16,845 nt of DNA from the IMG/VR virus record IMGVR_UViG_2585427778_000001; one strand, written 5' to 3'. The position numbers and the translations under genes were made by a program. Positions 1 to 7,720 of this stretch are shown piece by piece. Source of the DNA: a virus. Taxonomy: Duplodnaviria > Heunggongvirae > Uroviricota > Caudoviricetes. Under the pieces are notes generated by a model, which searched no databases, was not told the origin of the DNA, and saw only the letters and a list, made by a program, of their open reading frames with translations. The stretch's first letter is position 1, and every line of letters starts with the position of its first letter.

Positions 1-15
1 GCTTTTTTATACTAA
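1..15. other. attP: Phage lambda-type attachment site core (GCTTTTTTATACTAA)
   Basis: Exact lambda att core 15-mer at window start, followed by the P' arm and int on the minus strand. Confidence 0.9.
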
Positions 16-92
16 GTTGGCATTATAAAAAAGCATTGCTTATCAATTTGTTGCAACGAACAGGTCACTATCAGTCAAAATAAAATCATTAT
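16..92. promoter_or_regulatory. att P' arm: IHF H' site (ATCAAtttgTTG, about 41-53) and three tandem Int arm-type sites (caggtcactat / cagtcaaaat / aaatcattat, about 61-91)
   Basis: Sequence matches IHF consensus WATCAANNNNTTR and the lambda Int arm-type consensus; position between core and int stop is as in lambda. Confidence 0.75.
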
Positions 93-1159
93 TTGATTTC
101 AATTTTGTCCCACTCCCTGCCTCTGTCATCACGATACTGTGATGCCATGGTGTCCGACTTATGCCCGAGAAGATGTTGAGCAAACTTATCGCTTATCTGC
201 TTCTCATAGAGTCTTGCAGACAAACTGCGCAACTCGTGAAAGGTAGGCGGATCCCCTTCGAAGGAAAGACCTGATGCTTTTCGTGCGCGCATAAAATACC
301 TTGATACTGTGCCGGATGAAAGCGGTTCGCGACGAGTAGATGCAATTATGGTTTCTCCGCCAAGAATCTCTTTGCATTTATCAAGTGTTTCCTTCATTGA
401 TATTCCGAGAGCATCAACATGCAATACTGTTGGGATGGCAATTTTTACGCCTGTTTTGCTTTGCTCGACATAAAGATATCCATCTACGATATCAGACCAC
501 TTCATTTCGCATAAATCACCAACTCGTTGCCCGGTAACAACAGCCAGTTCCATTGCAAGTCTGAGCCAACATGGTGATGATTCTGCTGCTTGATAAATTT
601 TCAGGTATTCGTCAGCCGTAAGTCTTGATCTCCTTACCTCTGATTTTGCTGCGCGAGTGGCAGCGACAGGGTTTGTTGTTATATGGCCTTCAGCTATTGC
701 CTCTCGGAATGCATCGCTCAGTGTTGATCTGATTAACTTGGCTGACGCCGCCTTGCCCTCGTCTATGTATCCATTGAGCATTGCCGCAATTTCTTTTGTG
801 GTGATGTCTTCAAGTGGAGCATCAGGCAGACCCCTCCTTATTGCTTTAATTTTGCTCATGTAATTTATGAGTGTCTTCTGCTTGATTCCTCTGCTGGCCA
901 GGATTTTTTCGTAGCGATCAAGCCATGAATGTAACGTAACGGAATTATCACTGTTGATTCTCGCTGTCAGAGGCTTGTGTTTGTGTCCTGAAAATAACTC
1001 AATGTTGGCCTGTATAGCTTCAGTGATTGCGATTCGCCTGTCTCGGCCTAATCCAAACTCTTTACCCGTCCTTGGGTCCCTGTAGCAGTAATATCCATTG
1101 TTTCTTATATAAAGGTTAGGGGGTAAATCCCGGCGCTCATGACTTCGCCTTCTTCCCAT
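89..1159 (-). CDS. int: Integrase Int, tyrosine recombinase (356 aa)
   Basis: ORF translation matches lambda Int as recalled (MGRRRSHERRDLPPNLYIRNNGYY... C-terminal catalytic region); ATG start at 1159. Confidence 0.97.
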   Translation of the reverse strand: MGRRRSHERRDLPPNLYIRNNGYYCYRDPRTGKEFGLGRDRRIAITEAIQANIELFSGHKHKPLTARINSDNSVTLHSWLDRYEKILASRGIKQKTLINYMSKIKAIRRGLPDAPLEDITTKEIAAMLNGYIDEGKAASAKLIRSTLSDAFREAIAEGHITTNPVAATRAAKSEVRRSRLTADEYLKIYQAAESSPCWLRLAMELAVVTGQRVGDLCEMKWSDIVDGYLYVEQSKTGVKIAIPTVLHVDALGISMKETLDKCKEILGGETIIASTRREPLSSGTVSRYFMRARKASGLSFEGDPPTFHELRSLSARLYEKQISDKFAQHLLGHKSDTMASQYRDDRGREWDKIEIK

Positions 1160-1355
1160 TTCTGATCCTCTTCAAAAGGCTACCTGTTACTGGTCGATTT
1201 AAGTCAACCTTTACCGCTGATTCGTGGAACAGATATTCTCTTCCATCCTTAACCGGAGGAGGGAATATCCTGCATTCGCGCACCCATCGACGAACTGTTT
1301 CAAGGCTTCTTGGGCGTCGCTGGCGAGCGTTCCACTCCTGAAGTGTCAAGTACAT
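1137..1355 (-). CDS. xis: Excisionase Xis (72 aa)
   Basis: Translation MYLTLQEWNARQRRPRSLETVRRWVRE... matches lambda Xis; overlaps the int start as in lambda. Confidence 0.95.
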   Translation of the reverse strand: MYLTLQEWNARQRRPRSLETVRRWVRECRIFPPPVKDGREYLFHESAVKVDLNRPVTGSLLKRIRNGKKAKS

Positions 1356-1367
1356 CGCAAAGTCTCC

Positions 1368-1381
1368 GCAATTACACGCAA
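1368..1381 (-). promoter_or_regulatory. CII-dependent pI promoter motif TTGC-N6-TTGC (ttgcgtgtaattgc on the minus strand)
   Basis: CII recognition repeat directly upstream of and overlapping the xis 5' end, as in lambda pI. Confidence 0.6.
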
Positions 1382-1573
1382 GAAAAAACCGCCATCAGGC
1401 GGCTTGGTGTTCTTTCAGTTCTTCAATTCGAATATTGGTTACGTCTGCATGTGCTATCTGCGCCCACAGCATCCAGTGGTCATAGCAGTCGCTGATGTTC
1501 TCGGCTTCGATAACTCTGTTGAATGGTTCTCCATTCCATTCACCTGTAACTCGGAAGTGCATTTATCATCGCC

Positions 1574-1630
1574 ATAAAACAAAACTCGCCGTAGCGAGTT
1601 CAGATAAAAGAAAACCCGCACTCGGCGGGT
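1574..1630 (-). terminator. Two tandem intrinsic terminators on the minus strand
   Basis: Hairpin 1 ACTCGC-cgta-GCGAGT (1584-1599) and hairpin 2 ACCCGC-actcg-GCGGGT (1614-1630); each is followed on the minus strand by a T-rich run (plus-strand A-runs at 1574-1583 and 1604-1613). Confidence 0.6.
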
Positions 1631-1910
1631 TCGCATTCGTTCAAATTGCGTTTACTTCTTGGCGTTCTGTTCATCCATATCGATATACCATGGGTTGCTT
1701 CCCTTGGGCATGTTTAACGACTGCTCGCGATAGTATCTGATGCGCTCCATGAAATACTCGCGTGAGTGCTCAAGTTGCTCTCATGATACCTGCTCAGTGA
1801 TAACAGGTATGTTAAGGCGCTCTCTGTACTCCATGCCTGATGCTGCAAGGTCAACGTTTACCTTGTTCTGTTTTTCTTTCGATTTCTCGGCGATGTTATG
1901 CCTGACATTG

Positions 1911-2153
1911 TCAACCCGCCTCCTTCTGAACATAACGGTTATAAATCAGTCCCTGAGGGCCATAAGGAAGCGGGATGTGCAACTCCTCTGGTTCAGAAAC
2001 TATCCATTCCCCGGCCATCTCCGCTGGAGAGGTAATGATAAGTTGTTTGCTAATAAAAGGACCACTCCTCTCAACAACAAGCTTACCATCTTCATTAATA
2101 AAAGCTTGGGTGTCAGGTGTGCTTCCACACTTGGTGATGCAGCGTTTGAACAT
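1911..2153 (-). CDS. Hypothetical protein (80 aa from the MFKR start; the ORF extends to 2195)
   Basis: Minus-strand ORF co-oriented with the pL operon; ATG at 2153 is preceded by a G-rich Shine-Dalgarno-like run (GGGGGG). No recognisable family. Confidence 0.5.
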   Translation of the reverse strand: MFKRCITKCGSTPDTQAFINEDGKLVVERSGPFISKQLIITSPAEMAGEWIVSEPEELHIPLPYGPQGLIYNRYVQKEAG

Positions 2154-2183
2154 TTTGTGTCCCCCCATTTTATGGACGGGGTA

Positions 2184-2192
2184 ATTATAACA
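2184..2192 (-). promoter_or_regulatory. Candidate extended -10 promoter (TGtTATAAT on the minus strand) for the 80-aa gene
   Basis: Perfect TATAAT with upstream TG in an AT-rich spacer about 30 nt upstream of the ATG at 2153; no good -35. Confidence 0.3.
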
Positions 2193-2279
2193 CATTGAAA
2201 TATAGTAATATTTGACGTAGATTTCTTTTGATCTATAAGCGATTTTTTAATGCTTTTAAGTTATAAATACTTGTTTTCA

Positions 2280-2855
2280 TCACCCATCTTGCTGCGGTGC
2301 TACTATTGAAAAGTACTCACACCCTTTAGCCCAAATAGTTTTGATAGTTGTCCAACTGACTGGAACCTTGATTTCGATTCTTCCGCTGCCGTCACAAGTT
2401 TCGCAATCATCATCACCAAAGCATTCCGGGCAGCTTATAAACGTAGTTTCTGAAAATTCACCGGATAGCACACCCTTAGCGCCGTTCTCAGCGGTTAGTT
2501 TCTTCGGCACTATAACCCAACCATCCGGAGTTACCGGAGAGTTGCCATTTATATCGAAGTTTGGCTCTGCGTCCTGAACCAGGAGGATGTAACCATTCTT
2601 GGCAGTATCAAGTTCTAACGCCTCGGTGACGGTACCGAAATAGCGATTACCTAAATCCGCATCACAAGTGCTTACATCAATGGAAACCTCCATGCCTTCG
2701 ATTAATTCTGGCAAGTTGTAAGTTTGGCTTACAGGTTCTGCTCCCAGTGATGCCAGTGCAATTCGTGCCAGTTCCATTTGTTCGCCACGAGTAAGCCCGT
2801 TTTCAAGCGGATTTTTAATGAACAATTCAATACGTTCTTTGGTAATAGTGGTCAT
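2280..2855 (-). CDS. Hypothetical protein, 191 aa, with C-terminal zinc-ribbon-like motif CPEC-x6-CETC
   Basis: Intact ORF with ATG start and AAGGA Shine-Dalgarno-like sequence; lies 10 bp downstream of the Tgt-like gene on the same strand. Cys pairs at CPECFGDDDCETCDGSG. Confidence 0.6.
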   Translation of the reverse strand: MTTITKERIELFIKNPLENGLTRGEQMELARIALASLGAEPVSQTYNLPELIEGMEVSIDVSTCDADLGNRYFGTVTEALELDTAKNGYILLVQDAEPNFDINGNSPVTPDGWVIVPKKLTAENGAKGVLSGEFSETTFISCPECFGDDDCETCDGSGRIEIKVPVSWTTIKTIWAKGCEYFSIVAPQQDG

Positions 2856-2865
2856 TTGTTAGTCC

Positions 2866-3621
2866 TTAAACTGCTAGTTGCAATTGCATTTCAAAGCGGT
2901 CGCGTTGTTCACAATACGCAAGAGAACCAGGGCTATTGTGTGCCTCAATCCGTTCTACCATTAATGCTGCGCGTGTCTCTTTACTTGCAGGTGCATAAGC
3001 CCCAGACCAGGCTTTATCAATACCGATGTTTCGAGCGACGTTCGTACTATCTGCGCTGGCTAAGGGTAATTTTGTGAATATCAGCGGATTTAACATGCGC
3101 AATCCATGTAGTTTCGTAACCGGCTGACCATGCCCATCAACAATGTGACGAATCAGGTCTTTCATTCTGGCTACCGCAAGAGTTGGGCGCTTTACGTCAT
3201 AGTCGCCACAACTACCGATAGCCACTCGCGGAAACTCATTGCACAAATGAATAAATCGCTCGTCACTTTCATTCATGTGCCACACTGGAACGCCAGCTAG
3301 TTTTCCGTGAGGCCACTCATTCAGAAGCGCATCATTTTCCTCCTCTCCGCCATCAATAACATCCGGGATAATGGCAAAATCGAATCCTGGGTGATTCTTC
3401 CAGCGAGCAACAAACTCGTAGTAATCGCTCCAGTCGATTTTGTTTTTGCCAGCTGCTTTCCAGGCGGTGAATGCACCGTTGTCCAGCGCGAACGACTGAC
3501 AGTATTCAGCCGCGAGATTGATCTGGCCTGAATGCGCAAAACTGATAAACGCATGTCGCCCTTTCCATGCTCTCATTGCGCACGTATCAGGAGTAATAGG
3601 CCCACCGTGGTAGTGAATCAT
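2866..3621 (-). CDS. Putative Tgt/DpdA-family transglycosylase-like protein (about 251 aa from MIHYHGG; the ORF extends to 3663)
   Basis: Strong AAGGAG Shine-Dalgarno sequence before the ATG at 3621. Ordered motif resemblance to the Tgt catalytic core, from memory of E. coli Tgt: LDNGAF vs TDSGGFQ; DFAIIPDV vs DIVMIFDEC; VAIGSCG vs YAVGGLAVG; HGLRMLNP vs YLMGVGKP; ADSTNVARNIG vs FDCVMPTRNARNG. No C-terminal CxCxxC...H zinc subdomain. Confidence 0.5.
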   Translation of the reverse strand: MIHYHGGPITPDTCAMRAWKGRHAFISFAHSGQINLAAEYCQSFALDNGAFTAWKAAGKNKIDWSDYYEFVARWKNHPGFDFAIIPDVIDGGEEENDALLNEWPHGKLAGVPVWHMNESDERFIHLCNEFPRVAIGSCGDYDVKRPTLAVARMKDLIRHIVDGHGQPVTKLHGLRMLNPLIFTKLPLASADSTNVARNIGIDKAWSGAYAPASKETRAALMVERIEAHNSPGSLAYCEQRDRFEMQLQLAV

Positions 3622-3622
3622 C

Positions 3623-4030
3623 TCACTCTCCTTTGATGCGAATGCCAGTAGCGCGGATTGCATCGATGACTTCAGAAACTTTGTATGCCATTACCGTTTG
3701 GTAATCATCGTGAAAATCTGTTCGATGAAGCATGCTGCTACGTTCCGGGAGCAGTATTTCCCGCGCTTCCAGTTCTGCAATGCGCTTTTTTGCTGCTTCC
3801 AGTTCATCCAGTAATTCCAGCACGGTAGCCGGATTAGCCTTGGCAACAAAATCCCGGACTGGCTTACAATCAATCTCCGCAATGGGTTGATACGATGTGT
3901 AGCCATGCTGTCTTGTATAACTACCGTGACGAATAACGAAAAAATCACCATTTATTTTTTTAGCCTGCCACTTATCTTCACCGGCTTTCTCTGCCGCTTC
4001 ACGCAGTGCCTGAGAGTTAATTTCGCTCAC
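3623..4030 (-). CDS. Ead/Ea22-like family protein (135 aa)
   Basis: N-terminal QALREAAEKA and coiled-coil LELLDELEAAKKRIAELEA segments typical of prophage Ea22-like proteins as recalled; GTG start overlaps the upstream stop (GTGA), and its stop lies 1 nt from the downstream ATG. Confidence 0.55.
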   Translation of the reverse strand: MSEINSQALREAAEKAGEDKWQAKKINGDFFVIRHGSYTRQHGYTSYQPIAEIDCKPVRDFVAKANPATVLELLDELEAAKKRIAELEAREILLPERSSMLHRTDFHDDYQTVMAYKVSEVIDAIRATGIRIKGE

Positions 4031-4248
4031 TTCGAACCTCTCTGTTTACTGATAAGTTCCAGATCCTCCTGGCAACTTGCACAAGTCCGACAACCCTGAA
4101 CGGCCAAGCGTCTTCGTTCATCTATCGGATCGCCACACTCACAACAATGAGTGGCAGATATAGCCTGGTGGTTCAGGCGGCGCATTTTTATTGCTGTGTT
4201 GCGCTGTAATTCTTCAATTTCTGATGCTGAATCAATGATGTCTGCCAT
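4027..4248 (-). CDS. TraR/DksA-family C4-type zinc finger protein (73 aa)
   Basis: Small protein with CxxC-x17-CxxC (CCECGDP...CRTCASC) and a size typical of phage TraR homologs; ATG start. Confidence 0.7.
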   Translation of the reverse strand: MADIIDSASEIEELQRNTAIKMRRLNHQAISATHCCECGDPIDERRRLAVQGCRTCASCQEDLELISKQRGSK

Positions 4249-4297
4249 CTTTCATTAATCCCTGAATTGTTGGTTAATACGCTTGAGGGTGAATGCG

Positions 4298-4324
4298 AAT
4301 AATAAAAAAGGAGCCTGTAGCTCC
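4298..4324 (-). terminator. Intrinsic terminator on the minus strand between orf61 and the accessory cassette
   Basis: Hairpin GGAGC-tacag-GCTCC followed on the minus strand by TTTTTTATTATT. Confidence 0.6.
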
Positions 4325-4346
4325 CTGATGATTTTGCTTTTCATGT

Positions 4347-4562
4347 TCACCGTTCCTTAAAAACGCCGTTTAACATGCCGATTGCCAGGCTTAAATGAGT
4401 CGGTGTGAATCCCATCAGCGTTACCGTTTCGCGGTGCTTCTTCAGTACGCTACGGCAAATGTCATCGACGTTTTTATCCGGAAACTGCTGTCTGGCTTTT
4501 TTGATTTCAGAATTAGCCTGACGGGCAATACTGCGAAGGGCGTTTTCCTGCTGAGGTGTCAT
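4347..4562 (-). CDS. Lambda orf61-like protein (start uncertain; the ORF extends to 4628)
   Basis: Translation MTPQQENALRSIARQANSEIKKARQQFPDK... matches lambda orf61 as recalled and sits in the lambda position. Confidence 0.7.
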   Translation of the reverse strand: MTPQQENALRSIARQANSEIKKARQQFPDKNVDDICRSVLKKHRETVTLMGFTPTHLSLAIGMLNGVFKER

Positions 4563-4638
4563 TGAACAAGTCCCATGTCGGCAAGCATAAGCACACAGAA
4601 TATGAAGCCCGCTGCCAGAAAAATGCATTCAGTGGTTG

Positions 4639-4830
4639 TCATACCTGGTCTCTCTCATCTGCTTCTGCTTTCGCCACCATCATTTCCAGCTTTTGTGAAA
4701 GGGATGTGGCTAACGTATGAAATTCTTCGTCTGTTTCTACTGGTATTGGCACAAACCTGACTCCAATTTGAGCAAGGCTATGTGCCATCTCAATACTCGT
4801 TCTTAACTCAACAGGAGATGCTTTGTGCAT
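4639..4830 (-). CDS. Lambda orf63-like protein (63 aa)
   Basis: Position and size match lambda orf63; collinear with the lambda coordinate offset used for exo. Confidence 0.75.
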   Translation of the reverse strand: MHKASPVELRTSIEMAHSLAQIGVRFVPIPVETDEEFHTLATSLSQKLEMMVAKAEADERDQV

Positions 4831-4985
4831 ACCGTCTCCCGTTTATTATTTATCTTCTCAGCCAGCCGCTGTGCTTTCAGTGGATTTCTGATAACAGAAA
4901 GGCCGGGAAATACCCAGCCTCGCTTTGTAACGGAGTAGACGAAAGTGATCGCGCCTACCCGGATATTATCGTGAGGATGCGTCAT
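4803..4985 (-). CDS. Lambda orf60a-like protein (60 aa)
   Basis: Translation [43 protein letters not shown]... matches lambda orf60a; immediately upstream of exo. Confidence 0.75.
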   Translation of the reverse strand: MTHPHDNIRVGAITFVYSVTKRGWVFPGLSVIRNPLKAQRLAEKINNKRETVCTKHLLLS

Positions 4986-5662
4986 CGCCATTGCTCCCCA
5001 AATACAAAACCAATTTCAGCCAGTGCCTCGTCCATTTTTTCGATGAACTCCGGCACCATCTCGTCAAAACTCGCCATGTACTTTTCATTCCGCTCAATCA
5101 CGACATAATGCAGGCCTTCACGCTTCATGCGCGGGTCATAGTTGGCAAAGTACCAGGCATCTTTTCGAGTCACCCACATGCTGTACTGCACCTGGGCCAT
5201 GTAAGCCGATTTTATTGCCTCGAAACCACCGAGCCGGAATTTCATGAAATCCCGGGAGGTAAACGGGCATTTCAGCTCAAGGCCATTGCCGTCACTGCAT
5301 AAACCATCGGGAGAGCAGGCGGTGCGCATACCTTCGTCGCGATAGATGATCGGGGATTCAGTAACATTTACGCCGGAAGTGAACTCAAACAGGGTTCTGG
5401 CGTCGTTCTCGTACTGTTTTCCCCAGGCCAGCGCTTTAGCGTTAACTTCCGGAGCCACACCGGTGCAAACCTCAGCCAGCAGGGTGTGGAAGTAGGACAT
5501 TTTCATGTCAGGCCACTTTTTTCCGGAGCGGGGTTTTGCTATCACATTGTGAACTTCTGAAGCGGTGATGACGCCGAGCCGTAATTTGTGCCACGCATCA
5601 TCCCCCTGTTCGACAGCTCTCACGTCGATTCCGGTACGCTGCAGGATAATGTCCGGTGTCAT
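4982..5662 (-). CDS. exo: Lambda exonuclease (Red alpha), 226 aa
   Basis: Translation matches lambda Exo ([31 protein letters not shown]...); overlaps the bet stop. Confidence 0.97.
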   Translation of the reverse strand: MTPDIILQRTGIDVRAVEQGDDAWHKLRLGVITASEVHNVIAKPRSGKKWPDMKMSYFHTLLAEVCTGVAPEVNAKALAWGKQYENDARTLFEFTSGVNVTESPIIYRDEGMRTACSPDGLCSDGNGLELKCPFTSRDFMKFRLGGFEAIKSAYMAQVQYSMWVTRKDAWYFANYDPRMKREGLHYVVIERNEKYMASFDEMVPEFIEKMDEALAEIGFVFGEQWR

Positions 5663-6444
5663 GCAGCCACCTTCTGCTCAGAGGCTTTCTGTTTCAGGAA
5701 TCCAAGAACTTTCACTGCTTCGGCCTGTGCCAGTTCTGACGATGCGCGAATGTCGCGGCGAAATATCTGGGAACAGAGCGGCAATAAGTCGTCATCCCAT
5801 GTTTTATCCAGGGCGATCAGCAGAGTGTTAATCTCCTGCATGGTTTCATCGTTAACCGGAGTGATGTCGCGTTCCGGCTGACGTTCTGCAGTGTATGCAG
5901 TATTTTCGACAATGCGCTCGGCTTCATCCTTGTCATAGATACCAGCAAATCCGAAGGCCAGACGGGCACACTGAATCATGGCTTTATGCCGTAACATCCG
6001 TTTGGGATGCGACTGCCACGGTCCGGTGATTTCTCTGCCTTCGCGGGTTTTGAATGGTTCGCGGCGGCATTCATCCATCCACTCGGTAACGCAGATCGGA
6101 TGATTGCGGTCTTTGCGGTAAATCCGGCATGTGCAGGATTCGTTGTCCTGTTCAAAGTCCATGCCGTCAAACTGCTGGTTTTCGTTGATGATGCGGGACC
6201 AGCCATCAACGCCCACCACCGGAACGATGCCGTTCTGCTTATCAGGGAAGGCGTAAATTTCTTTCGTCCACGGATTAAGACCGTACTGGTTGGCGACGAT
6301 CAGCAATGCGATGAACTGCGCATCGCTGGCATCACCTTTAAATGCCGTCTGGCGAAGAGTGGTGATCAGTTCCTGTGGGTCGACAGAATCCATGCCGACT
6401 CGTTCAGCCAGCTTCCCAGCCAGCGTTGCGAGTGCTGTACTCAT
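5659..6444 (-). CDS. bet: Red beta single-strand annealing protein, 261 aa
   Basis: Translation matches lambda Bet ([44 protein letters not shown]...). Confidence 0.97.
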   Translation of the reverse strand: MSTALATLAGKLAERVGMDSVDPQELITTLRQTAFKGDASDAQFIALLIVANQYGLNPWTKEIYAFPDKQNGIVPVVGVDGWSRIINENQQFDGMDFEQDNESCTCRIYRKDRNHPICVTEWMDECRREPFKTREGREITGPWQSHPKRMLRHKAMIQCARLAFGFAGIYDKDEAERIVENTAYTAERQPERDITPVNDETMQEINTLLIALDKTWDDDLLPLCSQIFRRDIRASSELAQAEAVKVLGFLKQKASEQKVAA

Positions 6445-6449
6445 CCGTT

Positions 6450-6866
6450 TTATACCTCTGAATCAATATCAACCTGGTGGTGAGCAATGGTTTCAACCAT
6501 GTACCGGATGTGTTCTGCCATGCGCTCCTGAAACTCAACATCGTCATCAAACGCACGGGTAATGGCTTTTTTGCTGGCCCCGTGGCGTTGCAAATGATCG
6601 ATGCATAGCGATTCAAACAGGTGCTGGGGCAGGCCTTTTTCCATGTCGTCTGCCAGTTCTGCCTCTTTCTCTTCACGGGCGATCTGCTGGTAGTGACGCG
6701 CCCAGCTCTGAGCCTCAAGACGATCCTGAATGTAATAAGCGTTCATGGCTGAACTCCTGAAATAGCTGTGAAAATATCGCCCGCGAAATGCCAGGCTGAT
6801 TAGGAAAACAGGAAAGGGGGTTAGTGAATGCTTTTGCTTGATCTCAGTTTCAGCATTAATATCCAT
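6450..6866 (-). CDS. gam: Gam, RecBCD inhibitor, 138 aa
   Basis: Translation matches lambda Gam ([24 protein letters not shown]...). Confidence 0.97.
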   Translation of the reverse strand: MDINAETEIKQKHSLTPFPVFLISLAFRGRYFHSYFRSSAMNAYYIQDRLEAQSWARHYQQIAREEKEAELADDMEKGLPQHLFESLCIDHLQRHGASKKAITRAFDDDVEFQERMAEHIRYMVETIAHHQVDIDSEV

Positions 6867-6964
6867 TTTTTATAAGCGTCGACGGCTTCACGAAACATCT
6901 TTTCATCGCCAATAAAAGTGGCGATAGTGAATTTAGTCTGGATAGCCATACGTGTTTGATCCAT
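6821..6964 (-). CDS. kil: Kil, host-killing / FtsZ inhibitor (47-aa form; the ORF extends upstream to 7090)
   Basis: C-terminal 47 aa [47 protein letters not shown] match lambda Kil; overlaps the gam start by 46 nt as in lambda. Confidence 0.85.
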   Translation of the reverse strand: MDQTRMAIQTKFTIATFIGDEKMFREAVDAYKKWILMLKLRSSKSIH

Positions 6965-7097
6965 TCTTTGGGACTCCTGGCTGATTAAGTATGTCGATAA
7001 GGCGTTTCCATCCGTCACGTAATTTACGGGTGATTCGTTCAAGTAAAGATTCGGAAGGGCAGCCAGCAACAGGCCACCCTGCAATGGCATATTGCAT
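6933..7097 (-). CDS. cIII: CIII, protects CII from FtsH, 54 aa
   Basis: Hand translation of the minus strand gives [54 protein letters not shown], matching lambda CIII; below the ORF-track size cutoff. Confidence 0.9.
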   Translation of the reverse strand: MQYAIAGWPVAGCPSESLLERITRKLRDGWKRLIDILNQPGVPKNGSNTYGYPD

Positions 7098-7169
7098 GGT
7101 GTGCTCCTTATTTATACATAACGAAAAACGCCTCGAGTGAAGCGTAATTGGTATGCGGTAACGCCGCGC

Positions 7170-7538
7170 TCAGGCGGCTTTGACAGTCATATCATCTGGA
7201 TCAAATATTCCTGATGTATCGATATCGGTAATTCTTATTCCTTCGCTACCATCCATTGGAGGCCATCCTTCCTGACCACTTCCATCATTCCAGTCGAACT
7301 CACACACAACACCATATGCATTTAAGTCGCTTGAAATTGCTATAAGCAGAGCATGTTGCGCCAGCATGATTAATACAGCATTTAATACAGAGCCGTGTTT
7401 ATTGAGTCGGTATTCAGAGTCTGACCAGAAATTATTAATCTGGTGAAGTTTTTCCTCTGTCATTACGTCATGGTCGATTTCAATTTCTATTGATGCTTTC
7501 CAGTCGTAATCAATGATGTATTTTTTGATGTTTGACAT
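7170..7538 (-). CDS. ea10: Ea10, 122 aa
   Basis: Size and position match lambda ea10 with the same coordinate offset as exo through ral. Confidence 0.85.
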   Translation of the reverse strand: MSNIKKYIIDYDWKASIEIEIDHDVMTEEKLHQINNFWSDSEYRLNKHGSVLNAVLIMLAQHALLIAISSDLNAYGVVCEFDWNDGSGQEGWPPMDGSEGIRITDIDTSGIFDPDDMTVKAA

Positions 7539-7554
7539 CTATTCATATCCTCAT

Positions 7555-7584
7555 AGATAAAAAATCTCCCTCACACTGGAGGGC
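7555..7584 (-). terminator. Candidate intrinsic terminator on the minus strand between ral and ea10
   Basis: 5-bp GC stem CCCTC-cagtgt-GAGGG followed by AGATTTTTTATC on the minus strand; the stem is short. Confidence 0.4.
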
Positions 7585-7720
7585 AAAGAAGATTTCCAAT
7601 AATCAGAACAAGTCGGCTCCTGTTTAGTTACGAGCGACATTGCTCCGTGTATTCACTCGTTGGAATGAATACACAGTGCAGTGTTTATTCTGTTATTTAT
7701 GCCAAAAATAAAGGTCACTA

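Noticed and set aside
340-863. Plus-strand ORFs (340-537 and 657-863) inside int
   Set aside because: They lie entirely antisense within the well-supported int gene and have low-complexity, non-protein-like translations.
1224-1740. Plus-strand ORFs 1224-1577, 1310-1495 and 1495-1740, and minus-strand ORF 1454-1636
   Set aside because: They overlap xis, the pI region or the tandem terminators; they have no ribosome-binding sites or recognisable domains, and the minus-strand one spans the terminator hairpins.
1740-2198. Plus-strand 152-aa ORF overlapping the 80-aa minus-strand gene
   Set aside because: Low-complexity translation antisense to a more protein-like ORF that is co-oriented with the rest of the early operon.
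2866-3663. Alternative assignment of the 265-aa ORF as a PAPS reductase or phosphosulfate-type enzyme
   Set aside because: There is no SGGxDS-type P-loop, and the ordered motif pattern fits the Tgt/DpdA core better.
5976-6483. ORFs overlapping bet (5976-6209 minus, 6007-6483 plus) and overlapping gam/kil (6290-6562 plus, 6404-6718 minus)
   Set aside because: They are alternative frames of well-supported lambda genes and have Arg/Ala/Ser-rich compositions typical of out-of-frame reads.
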